DNA from: a virus
DNA length: 64,000 nucleotides
Virus record (IMG/VR): IMGVR_UViG_3300042988_001339
Location: 3,285-67,284 of that record
Strand: one strand, 5' to 3'
Translations under genes and position numbers: made by a program
Shown here: positions 19,557-29,013 of the stretch, piece by piece
Position numbering within the stretch: position 1 is the stretch's first letter
How the letters are laid out: each line of letters begins with the position of its first letter
The notes under the pieces: model-generated
Database searches by the model: none
The model's input: only the letters and a program-made list of their open reading frames with translations
Told to the model about the DNA's origin: nothing

Positions 19557-19795
19557 CTACTTGCTGGCGTCCTGTGCTTTGCGGCGTCCCCGCTCGACAA
19601 CGGCGTCAATCTCCAGGAGCCAGCGGATGACCCGGGGGTCCTCATCGAGGTACGCGTTGTGCGTGTACCCGGGGAACGCCGCGAGGAACTGGTACTCCGT
19701 CCACCACGCGTGGGTGACGGGGTCGAGGCGGGACGCGTTGATGGTGCCGTCTGCCCCCAGCGCGTCCTTCAGGCGCCGGAGGCCCCAGTAGGGGA
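19557..19795 (-). CDS. Frameshift extension of tail assembly chaperone (gpGT-like)
   Basis: Startless -1 frame YWGLRRLKDALG...RWLLEIDAVVERGRRKAQDASK overlapping the end of the chaperone. Confidence 0.65.
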
Positions 19796-20326
19796 CGTGC
19801 GGTCCTCGATGCCGTCGACCGTGTACGGGTCGATGACGTGCGGGCCGGGCGCCGGGAGCGCGGCCACGGGGGTGGACTCACCAGGCGCCGGGACCACCAC
19901 GGGCGGTTCCGGGGCAGGGGCGGGTTCCATGCCGGGCGACCCGAGGAGTGCGGCGCCGATGTCCTTCGTTGCTTCCTGGAGGGCGTCGTACAGGTGCGGG
20001 GGGAGGTCCATCATGGCGTCCGCGTTGGCGGGGATCGGCTGGTCGATCGTCCACGACAGGAGGCACGCGGCGACGACCCGGTCACCCAACGACATGAACG
20101 TGTCGGCTTCCCGTTGGGTGAACGCCAGTTCCGGGTCAGCGATGAGCCCTTCGATGGTGTCGTCGTCCGACGCGATGATCTGCGCGAACCGCTGCGGGTT
20201 CATCTGCATCATGAGGGTCCGGACGGGGCGGCGGTGCCGTTCGGTGATCTCGTGGACCTCGCGGAGCGTCGCGTGGGCGGGCGGGTCCGAGGGGTTCCAT
20301 CCGGGGATGGTGACGACGGTCGGCAT
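19769..20326 (-). CDS. Tail assembly chaperone
   Basis: Position after tail tube; LLSWTI...DLPPHLYDAL. Confidence 0.8.
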   Translation of the reverse strand: MPTVVTIPGWNPSDPPAHATLREVHEITERHRRPVRTLMMQMNPQRFAQIIASDDDTIEGLIADPELAFTQREADTFMSLGDRVVAACLLSWTIDQPIPANADAMMDLPPHLYDALQEATKDIGAALLGSPGMEPAPAPEPPVVVPAPGESTPVAALPAPGPHVIDPYTVDGIEDRTSPTGASGA

Positions 20327-20425
20327 GGGGGTGTCCGTTCCTGTTGGGGGCTAACGGTTCTCGTGCGGGTGGTGCTGTGGTGCACGGGTGGGGTGCCGGG
20401 CCACGGCACCCCACCCGGCGTCCTG

Positions 20426-21406
20426 CTACAGGGGGGTCGAGGCGGTGTTCGCGAGGATGAACCGCATCGGGGACTGCCCACCACCCACGGCGTCCGTGGA
20501 GTTCGCGAGGGCCTCCCACTTCGCCTCGATCTCCAGGAACTTCCCGGCCGCACCGTTGATCGATGCCTCGTCGTAGGCGACGACGGACATCTGCCACCGC
20601 GCGTAGTGGGTGGCGTCCCCGACGGGGTTGACCTGGACCAGCAGCACGGGCTGCGTGTTCACGAGGTAGTTCTGGAGGTCGAGGGGGGCGCCGGTGTGGC
20701 CCTGGTAGACGCCGGTCAGTTCGCCGGTGACGGTGATGGGGCCGACGAAGATGGCGTAGGGGGCCTGGGTGCCGTCGGCGGTGTGGATCGGTTGCGTCTC
20801 CCGCTTCACCGTGATCTTCACGGAGGAGTAGACGAGCGCCGCCGACCCACCGAGGGTGACCGTCGTGTTCCAGCCCGCCCACGGACGCAGCGTCGTCGGC
20901 GTGTTCGTCGGGACCGACCCCAGCTTGACCGCGGGCATCCCCATCCACTGGTAGGAGCCCGTGGGGGCACCCTCCGCGGGGATATCGAACTCGCCCTGGA
21001 CGAGCTGTGAGGCGGCCATCTGCCAGCACTCGGACCCGTTGTAGAGGAACAGGGTGTACGACGGGGGCTGCGCGTCACCGGTGTTCTTCAGGCTGAACGC
21101 GTGGGACCAGGGGTCCGCGCTGCCCGTGACGGTGTCGACGCCCCCCAGCAGGTTCCGGACGTGCGTCACGAGCGAGTCGAGGTAGAAGTACGCCTTGTAG
21201 TCGATCGTGTCGTGGCGGACACCCTGCACCTGCTGGAACGTCGCCGCCATGCTCCCCCGCATGGCGTCGTCCTTGAGCATCGTCTGGACCGGGGTCCACT
21301 TCGGGTCGAGGACAGGCACCCAGATGGTGGGGGCGGCCTCTGCGGTGCCGGGGACGGTCTCTCGCGCGAGCCCGACCCACGTCAGATTGCTGGGGAACAC
21401 GGCCAT
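20426..21406 (-). CDS. Major tail tube protein
   Basis: VGLARETVPGT, PPSYTL motifs; size and position. Confidence 0.88.
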   Translation of the reverse strand: MAVFPSNLTWVGLARETVPGTAEAAPTIWVPVLDPKWTPVQTMLKDDAMRGSMAATFQQVQGVRHDTIDYKAYFYLDSLVTHVRNLLGGVDTVTGSADPWSHAFSLKNTGDAQPPSYTLFLYNGSECWQMAASQLVQGEFDIPAEGAPTGSYQWMGMPAVKLGSVPTNTPTTLRPWAGWNTTVTLGGSAALVYSSVKITVKRETQPIHTADGTQAPYAIFVGPITVTGELTGVYQGHTGAPLDLQNYLVNTQPVLLVQVNPVGDATHYARWQMSVVAYDEASINGAAGKFLEIEAKWEALANSTDAVGGGQSPMRFILANTASTPL

Positions 21407-21457
21407 TGCTGTCTCCTACGGAGGGTGCGGGTTTCGGGCTGCGGGGGTGCTAGTGGG

Positions 21458-21817
21458 TCAGGCGGCGTCGGGCGCGGGCGGGGTGTCGCTGGCCGCATCA
21501 GCGGTGGGGCGCCGGCGGGTCGACCGCGGGACCTGCGCGGGCACCGGGGCGGCCTCCACGGGCTCACTCGCGTCGTCCGCGGCGTCGGCGGTGGTGTCCT
21601 CGGCTGCGGGCGCGGCGCGGTGCGTGCTGCCCGCCAGGAACGCGTGGAAGAACGGCAGCGGCTCGTCGGTGACGAGGACGTCCCCGGGGCGCAGGACGAC
21701 CGTCGATCCCAGGTCGGCGGGCACGTCGTCGCCGTCGCGGACGACCCGGACGCCGGGGCCGTGCGACAGGTCGGAGAACACGCGCTCTTCGGTGTCGGTG
21801 TACGGGTACTCAGGCAT
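21458..21817 (-). CDS. Hypothetical virion-region protein
   Basis: RBS; operon position. Confidence 0.6.
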   Translation of the reverse strand: MPEYPYTDTEERVFSDLSHGPGVRVVRDGDDVPADLGSTVVLRPGDVLVTDEPLPFFHAFLAGSTHRAAPAAEDTTADAADDASEPVEAAPVPAQVPRSTRRRPTADAASDTPPAPDAA

Positions 21818-21890
21818 GGCAGAGGAACCGCCCTCTCGCGGTAGACGGGTCTGGGGAATGTGCAGGGTCGGCGGGAACCCCGCCGGAAAC

Positions 21891-22400
21891 TCAGGTGGTG
21901 ACCATCTCCGTCACCTCGAACTCCAGAGCGGCCCACACCACGACCTGCCCCGAATCCTCATGCGGCGCATCGACCTGCACCCGGACGTCCTGCTCACCCT
22001 CACCGGCCTGCCAGATCGGCCCCGACGACCCGCACCCGAACGTCCGGTCACCCCGGATCCGCTCCACCAGGTCATCGATCAGGCCGTCGAACGCGTCAGT
22101 CCACCCGTCGGTCACGTTGTCCGGGCCGTGGTCGGTGTACCGCCACCGGAAGAACACGACCAGCGCGCACTGGTAGTCGACCCTCTTGATGCCACCGTGC
22201 TCCCCGCCCATCGCGACCCGCGACTCCACGCGGTCGTTGAGGTGCACGTAGGACCCGGCGCCCCACCCGGAGTCGACACCGATCGCCCAGTCCGTGTCGA
22301 CGATCGTCACCGGGAGCCCCCGGTACACCGTCGACAGGCCCGGGATGGCGGGCGGCGCCAGGTACGCGGCGATCGCTGCACGGACCCCCTTGGAGCCCAT
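21891..22400 (-). CDS. Tail terminator-like protein
   Basis: VRAAIAAYL...LVERIRGDRTFG; position. Confidence 0.7.
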   Translation of the reverse strand: MGSKGVRAAIAAYLAPPAIPGLSTVYRGLPVTIVDTDWAIGVDSGWGAGSYVHLNDRVESRVAMGGEHGGIKRVDYQCALVVFFRWRYTDHGPDNVTDGWTDAFDGLIDDLVERIRGDRTFGCGSSGPIWQAGEGEQDVRVQVDAPHEDSGQVVVWAALEFEVTEMVTT

Positions 22401-23296
22401 CAGCGGACCCGCGCGAACGGGCGGAGCATCTCCCGGACGTCCGCCATCTCGTCGAGGTTCAGGGCGTTCCCCGGGGTCTTCGTTTCCGGCTGGGACCGCA
22501 TGCCGCCCATGACGATCGCTGACGCGGACCGGGTCTTGATGAGCGCGGACGTCGTCAGTACGGCGGCCTGCTTGATGACCGGCGGCAGCCCGGACACGCT
22601 GATCCCCACCGTGTCATGCGCGTACTGCAAGGGGCCCGTGAGTGGGACCGTCAGCGACCCGAAGGTGTACCCCGCGGCGACAGTCACGGTCTCCGTGGAG
22701 TTGTTGTCGTACAACGTGATCCGTGAAACGCCAGGGACGAGACCCGTCCCGTCCGTGACACTGATCTGCGTGGCGCCCGCGGCTGCGGGCGCGGCGAGGG
22801 TCGTGTTCGGCCACCCGTTGACGTACTCCCACTGGCAGTACGCCTCACCGCCGGGCCGGACGATCCCACCGAACTCGATGGGCCCCGTCCACGCCCGGGC
22901 CCCGATCAGAGGGACCACGAACGCGGCGTCCTCCACCCACACCCGGGACAGGTCCGTGACCGGGGTGACCGCGGAACCCGCCGCGCCGTAAGAGAATCCG
23001 GTGACGGCGACGATCGGCGAGTACCGGCAGTGGATCCGGAGCAGCCCGTCCCGGCCGACCCTGAACCTGCCCGACTCCGTGTCGACCGTCGCCGACAACA
23101 CCTGGTTGCAGAGCTGGTCGATCCACGACGACGCCCGCCCGATGATGTTCACGAGTTCCGTCGCGGACGCGGCGGCGTCACCGGGGACGAGCGCGGACGC
23201 GTCGACCCCGGACGGGGCCCGCCGGTACTCCTCGGCCGTGAGGTACGGCCGGGACACCTGCGGGGCCGACGCGGACAGTGCGTAGGTCGCGGTCAC
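22400..23296 (-). CDS. Head-to-tail adaptor
   Basis: PYLT..Y, ASSWIDQLCNQ, LPPVIKQAA, EMLRPFARV. Confidence 0.8.
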   Translation of the reverse strand: MTATYALSASAPQVSRPYLTAEEYRRAPSGVDASALVPGDAAASATELVNIIGRASSWIDQLCNQVLSATVDTESGRFRVGRDGLLRIHCRYSPIVAVTGFSYGAAGSAVTPVTDLSRVWVEDAAFVVPLIGARAWTGPIEFGGIVRPGGEAYCQWEYVNGWPNTTLAAPAAAGATQISVTDGTGLVPGVSRITLYDNNSTETVTVAAGYTFGSLTVPLTGPLQYAHDTVGISVSGLPPVIKQAAVLTTSALIKTRSASAIVMGGMRSQPETKTPGNALNLDEMADVREMLRPFARVR

Positions 23297-23327
23297 CGGG
23301 GGCCCCCTTCTCGGGACGACAGGCGGG

Positions 23328-23567
23328 TCAGGCTGCGGTGTTGGCGCGGCAGCGGGAGCAGTCCTTGAACCACGACCGGAACCCGCACCGCCCGCACGTG
23401 TGACCCCCGGCCTTCGCGACGCCACCGAGGGACGCCGGGAAGTACCCCGCGTCCCGCAACGCCTGCTCGTGCGCGGGATGCGCGTCGAAGATCCGGCCCC
23501 GGTAGCGGGTCGCGTCGACCTGCGTCTCGATCGCACCCCGGTCCGGGGCAACCCACCGGCGGCCCAT
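23328..23567 (-). CDS. Small zinc-ribbon protein
   Basis: CGRCGF..WFKDCSRC. Confidence 0.65.
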   Translation of the reverse strand: MGRRWVAPDRGAIETQVDATRYRGRIFDAHPAHEQALRDAGYFPASLGGVAKAGGHTCGRCGFRSWFKDCSRCRANTAA

Positions 23568-23998
23568 CAGGCGAGACGCTTCCCGACGATCCCCGTGGCG
23601 GGGTCGACCGCCCACTCGGTGCCGTCGCCGAACGAGACGCACTCGGCGCCGACACAGACGAACTCGCCCGTGTGGTCGCCCTGCACGCGGGGCACCTCCG
23701 GGGCCTGCGGCTCGGGGTCGGGTCCACCCTGGGATGCGGTGGCGGCGGCGTCGGCCGGCGGGAGGTTGGCGTCGGCGGTGTCGATGACGCCGAGCGCTGC
23801 GGCGGCGGACGTCACGGCCGGGTCGGCGTCCGGGTCGGTGGCGTCCGCGGGGTCGGTCGTCGCGGTGTCCGGGGTGGTCTCGGAGTCCACGGCGTCGGCG
23901 TCGGTGGGGACGCTGGTGGTGTCGGTGGCCTGCTCGGTGGCCAGCGCCTCAGCGGCGGCCTTCTCGGCGGCGATGGTCGCGGCACTCTTGCGGGGCAT
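23567..23998 (-). CDS. Acidic low-complexity virion-region protein
   Basis: GAGGAG RBS; coupled to the next gene. Confidence 0.6.
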   Translation of the reverse strand: MPRKSAATIAAEKAAAEALATEQATDTTSVPTDADAVDSETTPDTATTDPADATDPDADPAVTSAAAALGVIDTADANLPPADAAATASQGGPDPEPQAPEVPRVQGDHTGEFVCVGAECVSFGDGTEWAVDPATGIVGKRLA

Positions 23999-24156
23999 CA
24001 GGGGGGCTCCTCGATTCGGTGCGGGGGTGGGACGGTGGAAGTCGTTGCGTGGCATGGGTGACGCGGGCACCCCACCCCCAAGGAAGGCCACCCGCGCCAC
24101 CCGCCCACACGCGCGCCGCCCCCGATCGGGGGCGAGGGCGGCGCGCGCGAGACCAT

Positions 24157-24189
24157 GCCGGGACCCGTTACAGTGCAACGGGTCCCGGC
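24157..24189 (-). terminator. Hairpin after major capsid gene
   Basis: 13-bp perfect stem GCCGGGACCCGTT/AACGGGTCCCGGC. Confidence 0.65.
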
Positions 24190-24193
24190 CAGA

Positions 24194-25960
24194 TCACTTC
24201 CGGACGATCCCGGACAGGCACCCGTTCCACGCCGGGGCGTAGCACAGGAACGTCCCGAACCAATACGACGACACGTCGTAGGAGTGCTGGAGCACCGGCC
24301 ACTGCACGGCCATGTAGTCCTGCACGTTCACGACGGACCAGACGTCCGACACCTCGGTGTCCGGGATCGGCAGCGTGAGGCTGAGGATCGGGGACACGCC
24401 CTGCGGGAGCCAGGGGTGGACCATCAGGTCCACCATCTTCCCCGTCACGGCGTTCTGGACGCCGCTGATGAGGGTGCCGACGGTGGCCTGCTGCGCCTGG
24501 TCCGAGGTGAGCGCGATCCGGTACCCGGACGAGTTCGCGTTCAGCTTGATGGTGTCGGAGAGCTGCTTCCGGTCCCCACCGTTGAGGAGGATGAGGTCCG
24601 GGTCGGCCTTCACGCTGTCGTACATCGACGCGAACGCGACGTTGTACTCGTCCGCCGGGTTGCTGCTGAACGTGGTCCCGAGGTTCCGGCGGTAGCCCGA
24701 CTGCGAGCCGAGAGCGATCGTCAGGATGCCGTCGTAGTCGAGGGCCGACGAGTCGTTCGCGACGGTGGGCGGGTTGGAACCCGAGTTCGGGAGACCGCCC
24801 GTGCCACCACCGTTGAAGTTGATCGTGACAGCGCCGTCCTGGCCGCTGGCGATCGCGAGGGTCGCAGCCTGGTTGTCCGGGTTCGGGGTCCGGGCCGCGG
24901 TGCCGCTGGAGATGGTGAGGGTGGCGGGGAACACCGACGCAGCGGCGTTCACTGAGCCCGCGTACACCTTGTACCCGACGGCGCCCTGGACGGCGGCGGC
25001 GAGCTGGACGTCCACGACGCGGCCCGTGACCGCCGACAGGCCCGTGCTGGTGGCGGTCCCGGACACCGTCTCACCGAACACGGTCGCCGCGGTCACGTAC
25101 ACGAACAGGTTGGCGATGTTCGCGGTGTTGCCCTGCTCGCCCGCGCCCGCGACGCGGACCGTGAGGGTCGGGGTACCCGGCGTCGACAGGGCGCCCGCGA
25201 ACCCGGACGCGGTGCCCCGGCCACCGAGGAGCAGACGCTCCTCGGTCAGCATCGACGAGTACAGGAGGCTGGTCTGCGAGAGCTGCCGGATGTCCTCGAA
25301 GCCCTGCCCGGCGTACTGCGCCGACCACGGCACCGAGTCCGACAAGCCGAACTGGAGGTACGGGACGGCGGCCTCGTCGCCCGCGTACGAGATCTTCGGT
25401 CCGCGGTTCATCGTCAGCGAACCGAACGTGGCCGTGCTGGAGTCGGTGATGCCGGGGCGGATGACACCCACACCACCGGTGCCGCTGCCGGTGAACCCGG
25501 TGATCCGCTTGTAGCGGCGGGCCGTACCGGTCCCCTTTTTCCGCGAGATCATGTTGCGGAGCGGCGTCGGCCGCGGAGCGAGGACCTTCGCGCCCTGCTC
25601 CAGGTCGAACGCCACGTACCCGGTGGACAGCGGCGACGTGAGGGTCAGATCCTTCACGATGTCCGCCTGCTGCGCCGCCAGCGTCGCCTTCAGGCTGGAG
25701 ATCGTGTCCGCGGACACGCCACCGACACCCTTGTTCAGGGTGCCCTCCAGCGACTCCAGGCCCTTCACGACGTCCGCGAGGGTGTCGACGGGGGTCGCCG
25801 GGGGCGCCTCGAACCCGGGCAGCTCCGGCGACCAGCCCGTCTTCGTGCTCGGGGCCGTGTCGAGGGCCTTCTTCAGGGTCTCCAGCCGGGTGACGACCTC
25901 GGCCGGGTCGTTGGTGCCGAATGCGGACTTCAGGTCCACGGTTGCACTCACAGTGCTCAC
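24194..25960 (-). CDS. Major capsid protein with internal beta-rich insertion
   Basis: FDLEQGAKVL.PRPTPLRN.I.R..G.GT motif; position after protease. Confidence 0.85.
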   Translation of the reverse strand: MSTVSATVDLKSAFGTNDPAEVVTRLETLKKALDTAPSTKTGWSPELPGFEAPPATPVDTLADVVKGLESLEGTLNKGVGGVSADTISSLKATLAAQQADIVKDLTLTSPLSTGYVAFDLEQGAKVLAPRPTPLRNMISRKKGTGTARRYKRITGFTGSGTGGVGVIRPGITDSSTATFGSLTMNRGPKISYAGDEAAVPYLQFGLSDSVPWSAQYAGQGFEDIRQLSQTSLLYSSMLTEERLLLGGRGTASGFAGALSTPGTPTLTVRVAGAGEQGNTANIANLFVYVTAATVFGETVSGTATSTGLSAVTGRVVDVQLAAAVQGAVGYKVYAGSVNAAASVFPATLTISSGTAARTPNPDNQAATLAIASGQDGAVTINFNGGGTGGLPNSGSNPPTVANDSSALDYDGILTIALGSQSGYRRNLGTTFSSNPADEYNVAFASMYDSVKADPDLILLNGGDRKQLSDTIKLNANSSGYRIALTSDQAQQATVGTLISGVQNAVTGKMVDLMVHPWLPQGVSPILSLTLPIPDTEVSDVWSVVNVQDYMAVQWPVLQHSYDVSSYWFGTFLCYAPAWNGCLSGIVRK

Positions 25961-26080
25961 GTCCTTCCATGACGTGGGGCACACCAAGACGGCCGGGCGC
26001 CCCGGACGTGGCGGGGGCCTCTCGTGGCGTGCGGGATGGGGTACAGCAGGAGAGAGGTTGAGGACCAGACCCCGGCGGGG

Positions 26081-27979
26081 TCAGCCCTCGGCGGTCAGCG
26101 CCGCGGCCTGCGCCTCACACTCATCGGCGCGCCGCTCGTACTCCGCCGCCAGATCCGGGGTCAGGCCACTCCTCGCGGCCCGCCGGAACCCGGCAGCCTT
26201 CGTCCGCAGCACGTCGCCCTCACGGGACGACCGCAGCGCTGCGACCGGGCGGGTCCTCACGGGCCCACCGGGTGCCGCCGCCTTCGCCAACTGCTCCACA
26301 CGCGCCTTCAGGTCCGCGTTCTCCGCCGTCAATGCCTCGACGGCCTTCTGGAGGACAGCGGGCCCGGAGGCCTCCGCGTCTGGTGCCTGCACGGTCTCGG
26401 GCTGGTCGGCCTTGCTGATGGTGCTACCCGCCACGAGGGCGGGAGTCTCGATGGACACCGGGGCGTCCGAGGTGACGGCCTTCCCGGCCGATTCGGCGGT
26501 GGTGGTGTCGTGGGTGCAGGCGTCGCAGCAGCCACACCCCGAGGACTTCACCGAGACCACGCCACCCGACAGGTCATCGTCCGGGCCACCCACCAGCACG
26601 CTGGCGACAGCCTCCGCGGCCTCGACCGTCTGGTCCACCGCACCCACCTCACGGGGCGGCGGCGCCTCCCCATTCAGCGCCTCGCACCGCCACCAGCAGA
26701 GGAAGACGTCGAGGGAGTCGAGGAGCATCCGCATGTCCTGCGTCTCGTCGTCACCGTTGAGTGCCTCCGTGGCCTCCGCGATGATCAGCGACAGGAGACC
26801 GTTCCGCACCGAGCGGAGCGCCCCCACGTCATGCGTGACGCCGTCGCCCTTCACGAGGTCCGGGACCGCCCGGCCACGCGCCGACAGGTGCGCGACCACA
26901 GCCGCCACGTCACCCTTCACGGCCGGGGCGGCGACGGGTGCGGCGGCCGGGATGGTGCCCGCGGCCTTCAGCAGGTCCGCGACCCGCGCCGCGAGGACGT
27001 CGAGGTCCAGGGCCGGGGCGTCCGGCGTGACCGCCTTCACCGCAGGCTCCACGGGCGCCTCCGCGACCGGCACGGCGACCGGTGCGACCTCCGGGACCGG
27101 GACCGCATCCACGGGCGGCACGACAGCCGCCAGGGCCGCCCGCCGCGCGAGTTCATCCGCCGGCGACAGGACCGACTCACCCGGCCGCACCATCGGCACG
27201 TCCGGCGCGGGCTCCACGACCGGGATGTCCCCCGGTGCGCCCGGGGTGGCGGCGTCACCGCCCCCTTCCCCAGCGGCAGCGACGTCACCGCCCACGGGCG
27301 CACCGGAGACCGTGCCCGCCTCGACAGCCACGGGGGCGTCGGCAGCGGGAACCTCAGGGGCGGCCTCGGCGACCTCGGCCGGGCTGTCCGGGACGGCGAC
27401 GTCCGCGAGATCCTCGGCGGTGAGGGTCTTCACGAGGTCCGCGCCCTCGGCCTTCTCCTCGAACTCCTCGACACGGACGAGACGTGTCTGCGGGTCGAAG
27501 TCGCCGGTGCGGACCTTCGTACCTGGCTTCGCGGACTTCGCGAGGGTGAGGAGGCACGTCGGGTTCGCGGGCCGGTCCACGAGACTGACCTCCACGATCT
27601 GGCCGTCCACGATCCGGCCACCGGGCGCCGCCTTGTCCGTCGCGATCCGCGGGTTCCTGATGCCGATGCTGAATCCCTTCAGCACCTTCGCCTTCACCTT
27701 GGCGATCGACCCCGTGTCGACGATGTGCGCGGTGATGACGTGCCGGTCACCCTCGTCCTGCTTGTACTCCGTCGCGACACCCGCCGCGATGTTGGAATGC
27801 TGCTCCCGGACGTTTCCGAACGAGAACCACGCGGGCATCGCGGTCTTCAGCCAGGCGGGGTCGCAGACCTGCTGATCGACATCGAGCGTCGGGTCGGTCG
27901 CGATGCCGGTCACGAGGAGCGTCCCGTCGGGCTGCTCGTCGGACTTCGTGATGGCGGCGTAGACGTTCGCGGTTTCCAT
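26081..27979 (-). CDS. Capsid maturation protease fused to scaffold-like region
   Basis: VREQH, LKGFSIG, EVSLVDRPANP HK97-type protease motifs; coiled-coil C-terminus. Confidence 0.9.
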   Translation of the reverse strand: METANVYAAITKSDEQPDGTLLVTGIATDPTLDVDQQVCDPAWLKTAMPAWFSFGNVREQHSNIAAGVATEYKQDEGDRHVITAHIVDTGSIAKVKAKVLKGFSIGIRNPRIATDKAAPGGRIVDGQIVEVSLVDRPANPTCLLTLAKSAKPGTKVRTGDFDPQTRLVRVEEFEEKAEGADLVKTLTAEDLADVAVPDSPAEVAEAAPEVPAADAPVAVEAGTVSGAPVGGDVAAAGEGGGDAATPGAPGDIPVVEPAPDVPMVRPGESVLSPADELARRAALAAVVPPVDAVPVPEVAPVAVPVAEAPVEPAVKAVTPDAPALDLDVLAARVADLLKAAGTIPAAAPVAAPAVKGDVAAVVAHLSARGRAVPDLVKGDGVTHDVGALRSVRNGLLSLIIAEATEALNGDDETQDMRMLLDSLDVFLCWWRCEALNGEAPPPREVGAVDQTVEAAEAVASVLVGGPDDDLSGGVVSVKSSGCGCCDACTHDTTTAESAGKAVTSDAPVSIETPALVAGSTISKADQPETVQAPDAEASGPAVLQKAVEALTAENADLKARVEQLAKAAAPGGPVRTRPVAALRSSREGDVLRTKAAGFRRAARSGLTPDLAAEYERRADECEAQAAALTAEG

Positions 27980-28045
27980 GCGTGCGCTCCCTGTCGGGCA
28001 TGAAGAAGCCCCGGGCCGGGCGGGCTCCGGGGCTGAGATGTGCGG

Positions 28046-28972
28046 TCAGTCGTCGAATGCGTCGGCCGCGGGCCGTGCGCTGCACCTGCACGCCGGGTGC
28101 TGGGGTGGTGCGGGGGCCCCGAGTTCGTAGGGCCCGCCTTGTTCCCGGGCCGCGCACGCGGGGCAGGCACCGTCGGACGCGGTCCAGTCCCAGCGGGTGA
28201 TCCCGGCGGCCTCGTACTGGAGGAGGGTCGCGCGGGTCATCGCCCGCGCGGTCTCGGTGTGCGCGATCCGCAGGGCCCGTTTCGGGTCGTCGAGGATGTC
28301 GGTGCAGTCCCGGGCGATCCGGTCAGGGCCGTGCCCGGCTTCCAGGCCGTCGGCGATGCGTTCCCCGAGGCGCTTCACGGTGGTGTCGGTGATGCCCTTG
28401 AGGCTGATGCCGGCGTCGTCGAGGAGCCGCCCGAGTCCCCCGCGGCGTAGCAACTGTTCGGCGTCGGGGGTCGACACGTGGGTGTCGTGCCAGTCGATGC
28501 CGTCTGCGATGGCGGCGAGGTCGGCGGCGGCCCCGGGGGTGGGTGTGCGCCCGGTGCCGTCGAGTTGTTCGGTGGCGGCGTGGGTGCCTGCGAGGAGCGC
28601 GTCGGCTTCCAGTCCGGTGAGGGCGTCCCGGAGTGGTTCCAGGTTGGGGTCGGACGCGGTGAGTGACCCGGTGACGGACTGGATGATGGCGTCGCGGACG
28701 CCGTCCGGGAGGGGGTCGCCCGGGGTGTCACCGGTGACGCCGGTGAGGTCGGCGGGGAGCGGGGTGGGGGTGTGCTGCCGCGCGGTGAAGATTGCGGCGA
28801 GGATTGCGCCCGGCGTGAAGACAGCACGGATTGCCGCCGTGATGACAGTAACCCATGCGAGGGCTAGGGTGATGTCGTAGCGGGATTGGGGTTCACGTGT
28901 CCCCTGGTCTCGCCACCCTTTCGTGAGGGTGGCGCGGGTGGCCCGGCCGGTGATGACCTGGGCCACCCGCAT
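28046..28972 (-). CDS. MuF-like minor head protein
   Basis: RALRIAHTETARA...ACPAC...PPQHPACRC. Confidence 0.88.
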   Translation of the reverse strand: MRVAQVITGRATRATLTKGWRDQGTREPQSRYDITLALAWVTVITAAIRAVFTPGAILAAIFTARQHTPTPLPADLTGVTGDTPGDPLPDGVRDAIIQSVTGSLTASDPNLEPLRDALTGLEADALLAGTHAATEQLDGTGRTPTPGAAADLAAIADGIDWHDTHVSTPDAEQLLRRGGLGRLLDDAGISLKGITDTTVKRLGERIADGLEAGHGPDRIARDCTDILDDPKRALRIAHTETARAMTRATLLQYEAAGITRWDWTASDGACPACAAREQGGPYELGAPAPPQHPACRCSARPAADAFDD

Positions 28973-29013
28973 GGTGGCGCGTGCGCGGGCGTCGACGTCG
29001 CCACCCCCTCCTG

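Noticed and set aside
15096-20354. 1752-aa + strand ORF and other long antisense ORFs
   Set aside because: Shadow frames of GC-rich minus-strand tail genes; Arg/Pro-rich with no recognisable motifs
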